Assembly (NCBI RefSeq): GCF_009914755.1
Contig: NC_060935.1
Reading direction: 5' to 3' (one strand)
Length of the DNA stretch: 64,000 nucleotides
Source: the human T2T-CHM13v2.0 reference genome, Homo sapiens
Below the pieces are notes generated by a model. That model saw only the letters and a list, made by a program, of their open reading frames with translations, was not told the origin of the DNA and made no database searches. Positions within the stretch are counted from its first letter, which is position 1. Every line of letters begins with the position of its first letter. Below are positions 41,836 through 53,414 of the stretch, in pieces. The position numbers and the translations under genes are program-made.

Positions 41836-43290
41836 AAGATCTCTAGGTATTAACTATAAGCCGGAGACCAATACACACACACCAAAGTAGAATTTGAGTT
41901 ACATAATTATCTCACTCTCCCTCTCCCCCCATCCTTTTTTGAATATTGAGTTTTTACCAGTTTAAATTACCACTATTTGGAAAGCCTGACATTTAGTATC
42001 AGTCTGTGTTAAGCTATAGATGTAATTTCTTTAAAGCTTGTTTTTCTGTTGTTTTTTATAGAACTTTCCTTTTTCCCCCAAAAATATGCCTGAGAGGGAA
42101 AAAAATTTTTTTTCTAAATGTGTCATTTGACCACCAATAAAATGCATGGTCATGTGGAAAAAAACCCAGCCGTTTGGTTTCTTCTCCACTTGTTTCCTTG
42201 TGTTCTGAGAACAAAATAGGGGATCAGATGGGTTTAGACACCTTTGAATATCTATGTCTTTTCTTATTTTTATCTTGTTCCAAAGTGAGCTCTATCAAAC
42301 AATATGTGGACAGTAGTTTTCTAAGCTTTGCCAGATATTTTGCAACTACGACCATTAAGCTCCTTTATCTTTTGAGGAACAGCTTGTCCTATATCAAAAG
42401 AAAAATATTTGAAGATACTGTCTTAATGATTCCATTTCTTTTAGTTTATGTGTAATATTATCAGTAGTTCTGCTTAGCCCATGTGTGAAGAAAAGAGAGA
42501 ACATCAGATGAAATTTGAGATTATGCGTCCAATCTTATATGCTATATTAACTAATTTTTTAATCGTGAAAAACCAATTACTAAAATAAAAATTAACTTTA
42601 TGCCACTGATTCTTTAACAGTATTTATATGAAGTTTCTTACTTCTGTTGTAATGCTGTATGGAGAAAAGAGAACCACGTGGTTCTACCAAATTAACAATC
42701 CAGGATCCTCATTATACATTTCCAAATGGAACAGTATCTCACACACACACAGAAGGTTGCACAGTGTTTTTCAGTCTTTATAACTAGTGCAGTGGCAGAT
42801 TACTGACTGATCCTAACTATGGCGATTAAGGATGCTTACATGATTTTTAAGTGTATGAAAAGTGTGAATTCTTTAGAGAACATTGATATTTACTGTACAG
42901 TTTTAAATGCTTCCTTTTATAAGAAGATTGATGCATGCAACTGCTTTTCTTAGAAGTGTGGAATTACTTTTTATCTAAGGACTGAGGATATTTTTAGAGA
43001 TTATTTAGCCAAACACTGCAATGTAAAGTCAATGAAAATCAGGTTGAAATGACTGTGATACTGCAATACTAAGAAAGGCAAATCTTGTGTAGAATGAAAT
43101 AATTTTTTTTGCTTAATTTTTATAGTGATAATATTATTTTACTGTTGATAATTTTCCTTGGTACATTTTGAGTTCCTAAATTTCTAACCATTCTACTTAT
43201 AACTTTTAGTAATTACAGTCTTTTTTATTCAGGATTTTGTCATTAATATAATATTTTAAGTAATTATAAAACAAATTTTTTTCTAACTAG

Positions 43291-43386
43291 GAAGAAGCAT
43301 TGCATGCATTTATTCAGCCAGAGATTCTGGATGGCCCAAATCAGTATTTTTGTGAACGTTGTAAGAAGAAGTGTGATGCACGGAAG
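43291..43386 (+). CDS. USP47: USP47 exon 9 (96 nt, phase 0/0); second CxxC
   Basis: aactag|GAAGAAGCA...CGGAAG|gtaaat; [32 protein letters not shown]. Confidence 0.96.
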
Positions 43387-43476
43387 GTAAATGCCATGTA
43401 GAGATTAATACTTAGGAATCTGAGATAATATTCCATATTCAATAGACTCTCCCCCTTTTTGTTGTTTGTTTTTTAG

Positions 43477-43629
43477 GGCCTTCGGTTTTTGCATTTTCCT
43501 TATCTGCTGACCTTACAGCTGAAAAGATTCGATTTTGATTATACAACCATGCATAGGATTAAACTGAATGATCGAATGACATTTCCCGAGGAACTAGATA
43601 TGAGTACTTTTATTGATGTTGAAGATGAG
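43477..43629 (+). CDS. USP47: USP47 exon 10 (153 nt, phase 0/0)
   Basis: ttttag|GGCCTTCGG...GATGAG|gtaaat; [51 protein letters not shown] (LxLQLKRF USP motif). Confidence 0.96.
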
Positions 43630-45860
43630 GTAAATATTTGTTATTTTAAAGTATTTTTCATTAATCCACATTAGTCAGTCATGGTTTTGAAAGAGCTGTT
43701 TGAGGTAATAACACTGATGTCATTTGGACTGTCTTCTTGATGGAAACTTTTTCTTTCTTATTTTCTAATGTGGAATTCAATAAAATGATTTACCTTTGTA
43801 TAAGCTTTTCCTGACTGCATAAATTATATTTTAAATATTCTTGTTTGATCAGAGTAACTTATGATACTCTTTGAAAAGACAATAAGGAACTCAGCTTTGG
43901 AATTATTTCTTGAAGTTGAGTGATAATCTTATATTTTATAATTTCGTCGTTATTGAAACCAGCCTGAAGGTAAGCCATACTCATGTTTCTGATCTATAAT
44001 AAATGCAGACAATGCCTATGATGGAATGAATGAACCAACTGAATAGCATGGGCTTAATTTCTTGTACTTACCTACTATTTTGTATTTACTATTTTGTCTG
44101 TTTTCCTTTTTTAGTTTTTTTAATTTGAAACTTTATTTAAATAATTTAAGCATGGGATTTGAAGTGACACATGATGTAATGCTTATCAATTTCTTCCCAC
44201 ACTTTGGCCTGCCAAAATTCTCTGGTTCTTCTATCCTTATTCAATGAAAGACTTACAATATTCCACTCTATTATTTTGGAAACTCTTCTGATTTTATTAT
44301 GTGGAATACTTATAATCACTTAGGCTAATTATTTCAAAGTGATTTATTCTCAGAATTACCCTGAAGCGTTTTTTTTTTGTTTTGTTTTGTTTTGTTTTAC
44401 TGGAACTGATTACTATAGTTATAAAAAATGCCTTTTCCCAGGAGTTCAAAAATAATTTTAAACATTCACTAAGTTTTATTTAGTACTATTGAGTACTATG
44501 AGGCAGTTTGGTGTAGAAGAGCACATGTTTTAGGCATAGCTAGATGTGGATTCAAATTCTTGTCCTGCTACTTGCTAGCCTCTTGACCTTGGATAATTCA
44601 TAAAACCTTTTGAGCCTCATTTCCAGATGCCGTAGATGAAGTAGCTGTTCATTGAATGGTAACTATGATCAATAACATTTTGAAAAGTTTAATTTAAAAT
44701 AATGTCTCAGACAGTTGCGCTTAAGCTAGGAAATCTACCCAAAGTGTGCCAGACTTTCAGAGGAGACATAATCTTTGTAGGATTTCTACTCAAATAGAGA
44801 TCAGTAGTAGATTGGTCTTCTGAATATGCCTAATATATTTCTCATAAAGGAAAATTTTTTCCAAAGAAGGAAAACTTATATATGAAGCTTAGTAGAAACT
44901 TCCTAGAGAATTCTAGGTTTAGTTCTTGGGACAAGAAATGTTTTGGCTCAGCTGAAGAAGTTTCAGGAATTATATCTCTTTGGACTTAGATCTATAGCTG
45001 GATTTCATCTCCATTTATCCTTGAACCTAACCTTCTTGAGAGATGAAGACTGTATATTAGATGTAGTACCTACAACAAGAGTTCCTGGCAAAAAGTTTGT
45101 GCTTATTGTATATTGCTTGGTTTCACTCAAGAACTTCTATGCAATGCCTTATACATTTCAAAAGCCTGCATCTTAGAAAATTCTCAAATTATTTAAATAA
45201 AAACATTTTTAGAGATGTATATAAAACGTTAAAGGGGGAAAGGATTGTTTGGGGGTTTCTAACAAAGAGAATTCTTCAAATTAAATTTGTGTGAATGTGG
45301 TTTAAAAACCATAAAGTAGAAAAGTATAATGTGCTGTAACCATTATATTTCTACTTCCTGTAAAAAGACTATCAAGTTCTTAAGGATGAATACAATGTCT
45401 TGTTTCTCTTTCTAATTATCTGTAATACCTAACGCACTGATAAACCGAGTTGGACTTTTTGTTCAAGAAAAGAAATTATATTCTTTCCTGATTTGAGAAC
45501 ACCAGAAGCTCATTTTGGAGCTCAGCTTCTCTGATTTTGTGGATTTTGCTAAAAGAAATGATAATTTCAACCATTATGTTGTAACAGTAAACATAAATGA
45601 GGTTTAATAGAATTCTGAATCACTAATTTGTTGTATTAGAATTTTAAGGACATGATAGAAATGCTTTTAAAATACACTGTTGCTTGTTTAATTTTACTTA
45701 AGGTCTCAATTTTTAAGAGAAAATAAATGTACTCAAAGTAAAATATTTTTACTAATATGTTAAATTGTGTGAAAATATTAGCAGTATATAGGTACAAAGT
45801 TTTGTTGAACATATTTTCTCTGTATATGGTTTATAACTAAGATAATTATGTCTTATTAAG

Positions 45861-46028
45861 AAATCTCCTCAGACTGAAAGTTGCACTGACAGTGGAGCAG
45901 AAAATGAAGGTAGTTGTCACAGTGATCAGATGAGCAACGATTTCTCCAATGATGATGGTGTTGATGAAGGAATCTGTCTTGAAACCAATAGTGGAACTGA
46001 AAAGATCTCAAAATCTGGACTTGAAAAG
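45861..46028 (+). CDS. USP47: USP47 exon 11 (168 nt, phase 0/0); acidic insertion in the catalytic domain
   Basis: attaag|AAATCTCCT...GAAAAG|gtacct; [56 protein letters not shown]. Confidence 0.94.
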
Positions 46029-47004
46029 GTACCTTTTATAGTTTGCATTTTTTAGTTGAAAGTGAGAATAATCTCTGACTTCCTATATAATTCTATAGCT
46101 GTTGTGACTGATAAAGTTATCTTTAAAAGAAACTTAATTTTTGAAAGTTAAGACTTCTCAAATATAGTTTTTTTGTACATATATGTATATATATATATAT
46201 ATATATATGACTATAATTAAACTTCAGGAAAAACTGCTTACAGGTAAGAACATTAATTTTTGGGAGACCATACTTTAAACTGTCTAAGCAAGCTGGATGG
46301 TACAGAAACGATGCCTAGTAGTCAAGAAACCAAGATTCTATTACCACCTCTGCCTTTAAGGTTGCAGCAAGTGTCTATAAATTTTGTCTGAGTTTTCCTA
46401 TATAGAAAAGTAAAATGTTGGATTAGTCATTGATTTTTAAAAGTCTGGCCATGAAACACTTTATGAGACAATTAATAATAGATCTGATCTTTCTGAGTAG
46501 GGAAATGCCAAAGCCCCCTAGTCTTTCTTCCCTGTCCTGCGATAGTCCTCAAGACACTTTGAAAAATGGTATAGTTCTATGGATTATCATTTGAAAACCA
46601 CAGAATTGGATAATCTCTGGGATAGGATCTTGCCCCTGTGTCAATAACTTTAAGGGTTTTTTAGACCATTTTTTTCCACATATATTCTGTTTTATTGAGG
46701 GAAAGATTATAGATAAAACGTCTTGAGCATGGTGTGAATAATAAACTCCTAATGTGAAGACTGATCACTAACTCAGGTATTACAGAGTCATTAAATATAG
46801 GGATTTTTAAGGCAATATTTAAAAATAGAGTTTTACTTTCATAAATCTGTTTTTAGACCAAGGCCATTCTTCTAATTATCACCACCACCCTTTACTTTTT
46901 AAAATTATCTGTTTCATTCAGGGCAGACAGTTGAGCAGGGATTGCTATGTAATGAATAATGTAATAAGTACATTGTAACTGAGTATAGAAACATGGCATT
47001 CTAG

Positions 47005-47060
47005 CAGGAGTTGGCAAACTATGGCTCAAGAGCCAAATCTGGGCCCTTGCCTGTGTTTTT
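47005..47060 (+). mobile_element. MER58A 5' part (split element)
   Basis: caggagttggcaaactatggctcaagagccaaatctgggcc..gcctgtgttttt; continues at 53261. Confidence 0.75.
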
Positions 47061-48218
47061 ACATACACTTTCATTTCATCTGCAAATAAAGACAGTATTC
47101 TTCCTTTCCCATCTGCATGCCTTTTTCTTGTCTCACTGCACTCTGTGGGACTTCCAATGCAGTGTTGAATAGAGTGGTGAGGGAGAACTTCCTTACCTTG
47201 TTTCCAATCTTCAGAGGAAAGCTTTCAGTTTCTTATCATTGAGTGTGATGTTGACTTTCAGTTTTTTATGTTCTTTTCCTACTTTGTTGAAAACTTTTAT
47301 CATGAATAGGTATTGGATTTTTCCAGATTTTTTTTTCTATGTCAGTTGATATGATCATGTATGTAATTTTCTTCTTCAGCCTGAATTACATAGATTGATT
47401 TTCAAATGTTAAGCTGTCTTTGCATACCTGGAATGAATCCTGCTTTGTCATGGTGTGTGTTTCTTTTTATACTTTGTTGATTTGATTTGCTAATATTTTG
47501 CAGAGGATTTTTGCATCTGTGTTCATGAGATGCATTGATCTGTAGTTTTCCTTTCTCATAGTGTCTTTATCTGCTTTTGGTGATGTTGGGCTCATGTAAT
47601 AAGTTAGGGAATGTTCCCTCTGCCTTTATTTTTGGAAGAGATTGTGGAAACTTGGTATTGTTTCTTAAATATTTGGTAGAATTCACCAGAGAAATTATCT
47701 GGGCCTGGTGCTTTCTTTTTTAGAAAGTGGTTAATTATTGATTTAATTTCTATAATAGATATAGGACTTTTCAGGTTACCTGTTTCTCCTTTGTGAGTTC
47801 TGGTGGTTTGTGATTTTTAAGAAGTTGGTCTGTTTTATCTGTGTTATCAAACTTGGGGGCATAGAGTTGTACAAAGTATTCTTTTATTGTCCTTTTAATT
47901 GTCCTTTAATGTCCTTTTAATGCAGGGATGAACCTTCTTTCATTTCGGATACTGGCAATTTGTGTCGTCTTTTTAATCTCGGTTAGCCTAATTAGAGATT
48001 TACCAATTGTATTGGGGTTTTTTTCTTCCAAAGGACCAGCTTTTGGTTTTGTTCACTTTTTCTGTTGTTTTCCTATTTTCAATATTGATAAGGATTGCAT
48101 TGAACCTATAGATCACTTTGTATAGTGTGGACATTTTAACAGTATTAAGTCTTCCAGTTCATGAACACAGGATGTCTTTCCATTTATTTGTGTCTTTAAT
48201 TTCTTTCCTTGATGTTTT

Positions 48219-48525
48219 TTTGTTTTAGTTTTTGGTTTTTTTTTTTTTGAGACGGAGTCTCGCTCTGTCGCCCAGGCTCCAGTGAAGTGGTGTGATCTCG
48301 GCTCACTGCAAGTTCCACCTCCCAAGTTCACGCCATTCTCCTGCCTCAGCCTCCTGAGTAGCTGGAACTACAGGCACCGGCCACCACGCCCAGCTAATTT
48401 TTTTGTATTTTTAGTAGAGATGGGGTTTCACCATGTTAGCCATGATGGTCTTGATCTCCTGACCTCATGATCCACCCACCTCGGCCTCCCACTGGGATTA
48501 CAGGCGTGAGCCACCGCACCCGGCC
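48219..48525 (-). mobile_element. AluY/Sc-like (antisense)
   Basis: TSD TCCTT(G/A)ATGTTTT at 48206 and 48526. Confidence 0.92.
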
Positions 48526-50102
48526 TCCTTAATGTTTTATGGTTTTTCACTGTATGAGTCTTCTGCCTCCTTGGTTAAGTTTATTCCTAAGAATTTTATT
48601 CTCTTTGACACTATTGTAAATGGAATTGTTTTCTTAATTTTCTTTTTGGATTGTTAGTGTTAGTGAAACAATAAATTGTTAGTATTTAGAAATGCAACAG
48701 ATTTGTGTGTGTGTTGATTTTGTATCCTGCACTTTTTGTTGAATTTACTTGTTAGGGTTTTTTTTTTTTATGCGGAATCTTTATTTTCTACATACAAGAT
48801 TGTCATCAGTGAACAGAAATAATTTTTCTTCTTTCTTTCCTATTTGGATATCTTTTATTTCTTCTTGCCTGATTGCTGTGGCTAGGACTTCCAGTACTAC
48901 GTTGAACAGAAGTGGTAAGAATGGGCATCTTTGCTTTGTTCCCAATCTTAGAGGGAAAGCTTTCCGTTTTTCACCATTTAATATGATGGTAGCTGTGGGG
49001 TTTTCATATAAGGCTTTCATTATGTTGAGGTAATTTCCTTCTATTCCTAGTTTGTTGAGTGTTTTTATCATGAAAGGATGTTTAATTTTGTCAGATGCTT
49101 TTTCTTTATCAATTGAAGCGATCCTGTGGTTTTTTCATTCTGTTAATGTAGTGTATTACATTGATCACTTAGTCATGATGTATAGTCCTTTAATGTGTTA
49201 CTGAATTTGGTTTGCTAGTATTTTGTTAAGGATTTATGCATGAATATTCATCAAAGAGATATTGTTCTATAGTTTTTAGTATCTTTGTCTAATTTTGGTA
49301 TCAAAGTCACGCTGACCATATAGAATGAGTTTGGAAGTTTTTCTCCTTTTTACTTTTTCAGAAAGTTTGAGAAGGATTCGTGTTAATTCTTCAAATGTTT
49401 GATAAAATTCTCTAGCAAAGCAACCTGGTCCTGGGGTTTTCTTTGTTGGGAGGTTTTTGATTACTGATTCAATCTCCTTACTAGTTATAGATGTGTTCAG
49501 ATTTTTTATGTCTTCTTGAGTCAGCCTTCATAAGCTGTTAAACGTTTGTAGAAATTTATCCATTTCTTCTAGGGTATCCAATTTGTTGGCATATAATTTT
49601 TCAGTCTCTTATGATCCTTTTTATTTTTGTGGCTTCAGTATAATGTCTCCTCTTTCATTTCTGATTTTTGTTATTTGAGTCTTTTCTCTTTCTTAGCCTA
49701 GCTAAGGGTTTGTAAACTTTGTTGATCTTTTCAAAAAGCCAGCTCTTAGTTTCATTTTTTTTTCCTATTCTCTATTTATTTCTGCTCTAATCTTTATTTC
49801 CTTCCTTCTGCTAACTCTGAATCTAGTTTTTTTCTTCTTCTTCCTCTTTTTTTACATCCCTCCTTCCCAACTTAGTTTGTTCTTCTATTTCTGGTTCCTT
49901 GTGGTATAAAGTTAGGTTATTGATTTGAGATGTCTTCTTTTTTTTTTTAATGTAGGCACTTACATCTATAAACTTTCCTCTTTTGTTTCATTGCATAAGT
50001 TTTGGTATGTTATGTTTTTGTTTTCATTTGTCTCAAGATATTTTCTAATTTCCTTTGTGGTTTCTTCTTTGACCCATTGGTTGTTCAAGAGTGTGTTGTT
50101 TA

Positions 50103-52843
50103 TTTTTTTTTTTTATTTTTTATTTTATTTTATTTTATTTTTTTTTATTTTTATTGATCATTCTTGGGTGTTTCTCGCAGAGGGGGATTTGGCAGGGTCA
50201 TAGGACAATAGTGGAGGGAAGGTCAGCAGATAAACAAGTGAACAAAGGTCTCTGGTTTTCCTAGGCAGAGGACCCTGCGGCCTTCCGCAGCGTTTGTGTC
50301 CCTGGGTACTTAAGATTAGGGAGTGGTGATGACTCTCAACGAGCATGCTGCCCTCAAGCATCTGTTCAACAAAGCACATCTTGCACCGCCCTTAATCCAT
50401 CTAACCCTGAGTGGACACAGCACATGTCTCAGAGAGCACAGGGTTGGGGATAAGGTCACAGATCAACAGGATCCCAAGGCAGAAGAATTTTTCTTAGTAC
50501 AGAACAAAATGAAAAGTCTCCCATGTCTACTTCTATCCACACAGACCCAGCAACCATCCGATTTCTCAATTTTTTCCCCACCCTTCCCGCCTTTCTATTC
50601 CACAAAACCGCCATTGTCATCATGGCCCATCCCCAATGAGCCGCTGGGCACACCTCCCAGACGGGGTCGTGGCCGGGCAGAGGGGCTCCTCACTTCCCAG
50701 TAGGGGCGGCCCGGCAGAAGTGCCCCTCACCTCCCAGATGGGGCGGCTGGCCGGGCGGGGGGCTGACCCCCCCACCGCCCTCCCGGACGGGGCGGCTGGC
50801 CAGGCAGAGGGGCTCCTCACTTCCCAGTAGGGGCGGCCGGGCAGAGGCGCCCCTCACCTCCTGGATAGGGCGGCTGGCCGGGCGGGGGGCTGTTCCCCCC
50901 ACCTCCCTCCCGGACGGGGCGGCTGGCCGGGCAGAGGGGTCCTCACTTCCCAGTAGGGGCGGCCGGGCAGAGGCGCCCCTCACCTCCCGGACGGGGCGGC
51001 TGGCCAGGCAGGGGGCTGATCCCCCCACCTCCCTCCCGGACGGGGCGGCTGGCCGGGCGGGGGGCTGACCCCCCCCACCTCCCTCCCGGACGGGGCGGCT
51101 GGCCGGGCAGAGGGGTCCTCACTTCCCAGTAGGGGCGGCCGGGCAGAGGCGCCCCTCACCTCCCGGACGGGGCGGCTGGCCAGGCCAGGGGCTGATCCCC
51201 CCACCTCCCTCCCGGACGGGGCGGCTGGCCGGGCGGGGGGCTGACCCCCCCCACCTCCCTCCCGGACGGGGCGGCTGGCCGGGCAGGGGGCTGACCCCCC
51301 CTCCCCCCTCCCGGACGGGGCGGCTGGCCGGGTGGGGGGCTGACCCCCCCACCTCCCTCCTGGGCGGGGCGGCTGGCCGGGCAGAGGGGCTCCTCACTTC
51401 CCAGTAGGGGCGGCCGGGCAGAGGCGCCCCTCACCTCCCGGACGGGGCGGCTGGCCAGGCGGGGGGCTGACCCCCCACCTCCCTCCCGGACTGGGCGGCT
51501 GGCCGGGCGGGGGGTTGACCCCCCCACCTCCCTCCTGGACGGGGCGACTGGCCGGGCAGAGGGGCTCCTCACTTCCCAGTAGGGGCGGCCGGGCAGAGGG
51601 GCTCCTCACTTCCCAGTAGGGGCGGCCGGGCAGAGGAGCCCCTCACCTCCCGGCCGGGGCGGCTGGCCGACCCCCCCCCCCCGCCTCCCTCCCGGACGGG
51701 GCGGCTGGCCGGGCAGAGGGGCTCCTCACTTCCCAGTAGGGGCGGCCGGGCAGAGGAGCCCCTCACCTCCCGGACGGGGCAGCTGGCCGGGCGGGGGGCT
51801 GACCCCCCCCACCTCCCTCCCGGACGGGGTGGCTGCCGGGCGGAGACGCTCCTCACTTCCCAGACGGGGTGGTTGCCAGACGGAGGGGCTCCTCACTTCT
51901 CAGACGGGGCGGTTGCCAGGCAGAGGGTTTCCTCACTTCTCAGACGGAGCGGCCGGGCAGAGACACTCCTCACCTCCCAGACAGGGTTGCGGCCCAGCAG
52001 AGGCGCTCCTCACATCCCAGACAGGGCGGTGGGGCAGAGGTGCTCCCCACATCTCAGACGATGGGCGGCCGGGCAGAGACGCTCCTCACTTCCTAGATGG
52101 GATGGCGGCGGGGAAGAGGCGCTTCTCGCTTCCTAGATGGGATGGCGGCCGGGCAGAGACGCTCCTCACTTTCCACACTGGGCAGCCAGGCAGAGGGGCT
52201 CCTCATATCCCAGACGATGGGTGGCCAAGCAGAGACGCTCCTCACTTCCCAGATGGGGTGGCGGCCGGGCAGAGGCTGCAATCTCGGCTCTTTGGGAGGC
52301 CAAGGCAGGCGGCTGGGAGGTGGTTGTAGCGAGCCGAGATCACGCCACTGCACTCCAGCCTGGGCACCATTGAGCACTGAGTGAACGAGACTCCATCTGC
52401 AATCCCGGCACCTCGGGAGGCCGAGGCTGGCGGATCACTCGCGGTTAGGAGCTGGAGACCAGCCCGGCCAACACAGCGAAACCCCATCTCCACCAAAAAA
52501 AAACGAAAACCAGTCAGGCGTGGCGGCGCGCGCCTGCAATCGCAGGCACTCGGCAGGCTGAGGCAGGAGAATCAGGCAGGGAGGTTGCAGTGAGCCGAGA
52601 TGGCAGCAGTACCGTCCAGCTTTGGCTCGGCATGAGAGGGAGAGGGAGACGGGAGAGGGAGAGGGAGACGGGAGAGGGAGAGGGAGACGGGAGAGGGAGA
52701 GGGAGACGGGAGAGGGAGAGGGAGACGGGAGAGGGAGAGGGAGAGGGAGACGGGAGAGGGAGAGGGAGACGGGAGAGGGAGAGGGAGACGGGAGAGGGAG
52801 AGGGAGACGGGAGAGGGAGAGGGAGACGGGAGAGGGAGAGGGA
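50103..52843 (-). mobile_element. Full-length SVA retrotransposon (young, SVA_E/F-like), antisense in USP47 intron 11
   Basis: T-rich tail 50103-50153; SINE-R ~50154-50640; ~1.6 kb GC-rich VNTR; Alu-like region ~52270-52625; hexamer-derived repeat 52636-52843; perfect 17-bp TSD CAAGAGTGTGTTGTTTA at 50086-50102 and 52844-52860. Confidence 0.97.
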
Positions 52844-53260
52844 CAAGAGTGTGTTGTTTAAAACAACTTACACATATTTGTGAATTTTCCAGTTTTCCTT
52901 TTGCTATTGATTTCTAGTTTCTCTCCTTCACTTTTAAAGGATTATTTCTCTGGATATAGAATTCTAGGTTGGTGGTAATTTTTCTTTCAACATGAAATAT
53001 TTCATTACACTCTTCTTGCTTGCATGGTTTATAATGATAAATGTGCTATAATTCTTATCCTTGTTCCTCTATAGGTAAGGTGTTTTTCCCCTCTGCCTCC
53101 CCTGAAGATTTTTTTTGTCTTTGGTTTTGTTCAGTTTGAACATGATATGCCTAAACATGGGAGTTTTTGTTTTTTGTTGTTGTTTTGGTTTTTGGTTTAT
53201 TGGGCAGGATGGGTATTTATTCTATTTGGTGTTGAGCTTCCAGGTCTGTTGCTTAGTGTT

Positions 53261-53414
53261 ACCAGTTTTTGTAAATAAAGATTTATCAGAACACATTCAC
53301 TCTGGTTGTTTACATATTATGTATGTCTGGTTTTGTACTATAATGACAGAGTTGAGTAGTTGCGACAGAAACCGTATGGCCCAGAAAGCCTAAAATACTC
53401 ACTCTTTGACCCTT
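53261..53414 (+). mobile_element. MER58A 3' part (split element)
   Basis: gtttttgtaaataaagatttat...cagagttgagtagttgcgacagaaaccgtatggcccagaaagcctaaaata. Confidence 0.8.

Larger units (their letters stand above)
47065..53210 (-). mobile_element. Antisense old L1M fragments (two overlapping ORF2 pieces plus an ORF1-region piece) hosting an Alu and the SVA
   Basis: minus-strand ORF 48781-49071 ([25 protein letters not shown]...[16 protein letters not shown]...LFTDD) is the L1 RT; an overlapping RT segment occurs again at 47065-48090. Confidence 0.85.

Noticed and set aside
43387-43476. 90-nt intron as an in-frame retained segment
   Set aside because: Contains an in-frame TAG at the fifth codon.
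50323-52883. Many overlapping GC-rich ORFs (60-166 aa)
   Set aside because: Translations of the SVA VNTR, Alu-like and hexamer repeats.
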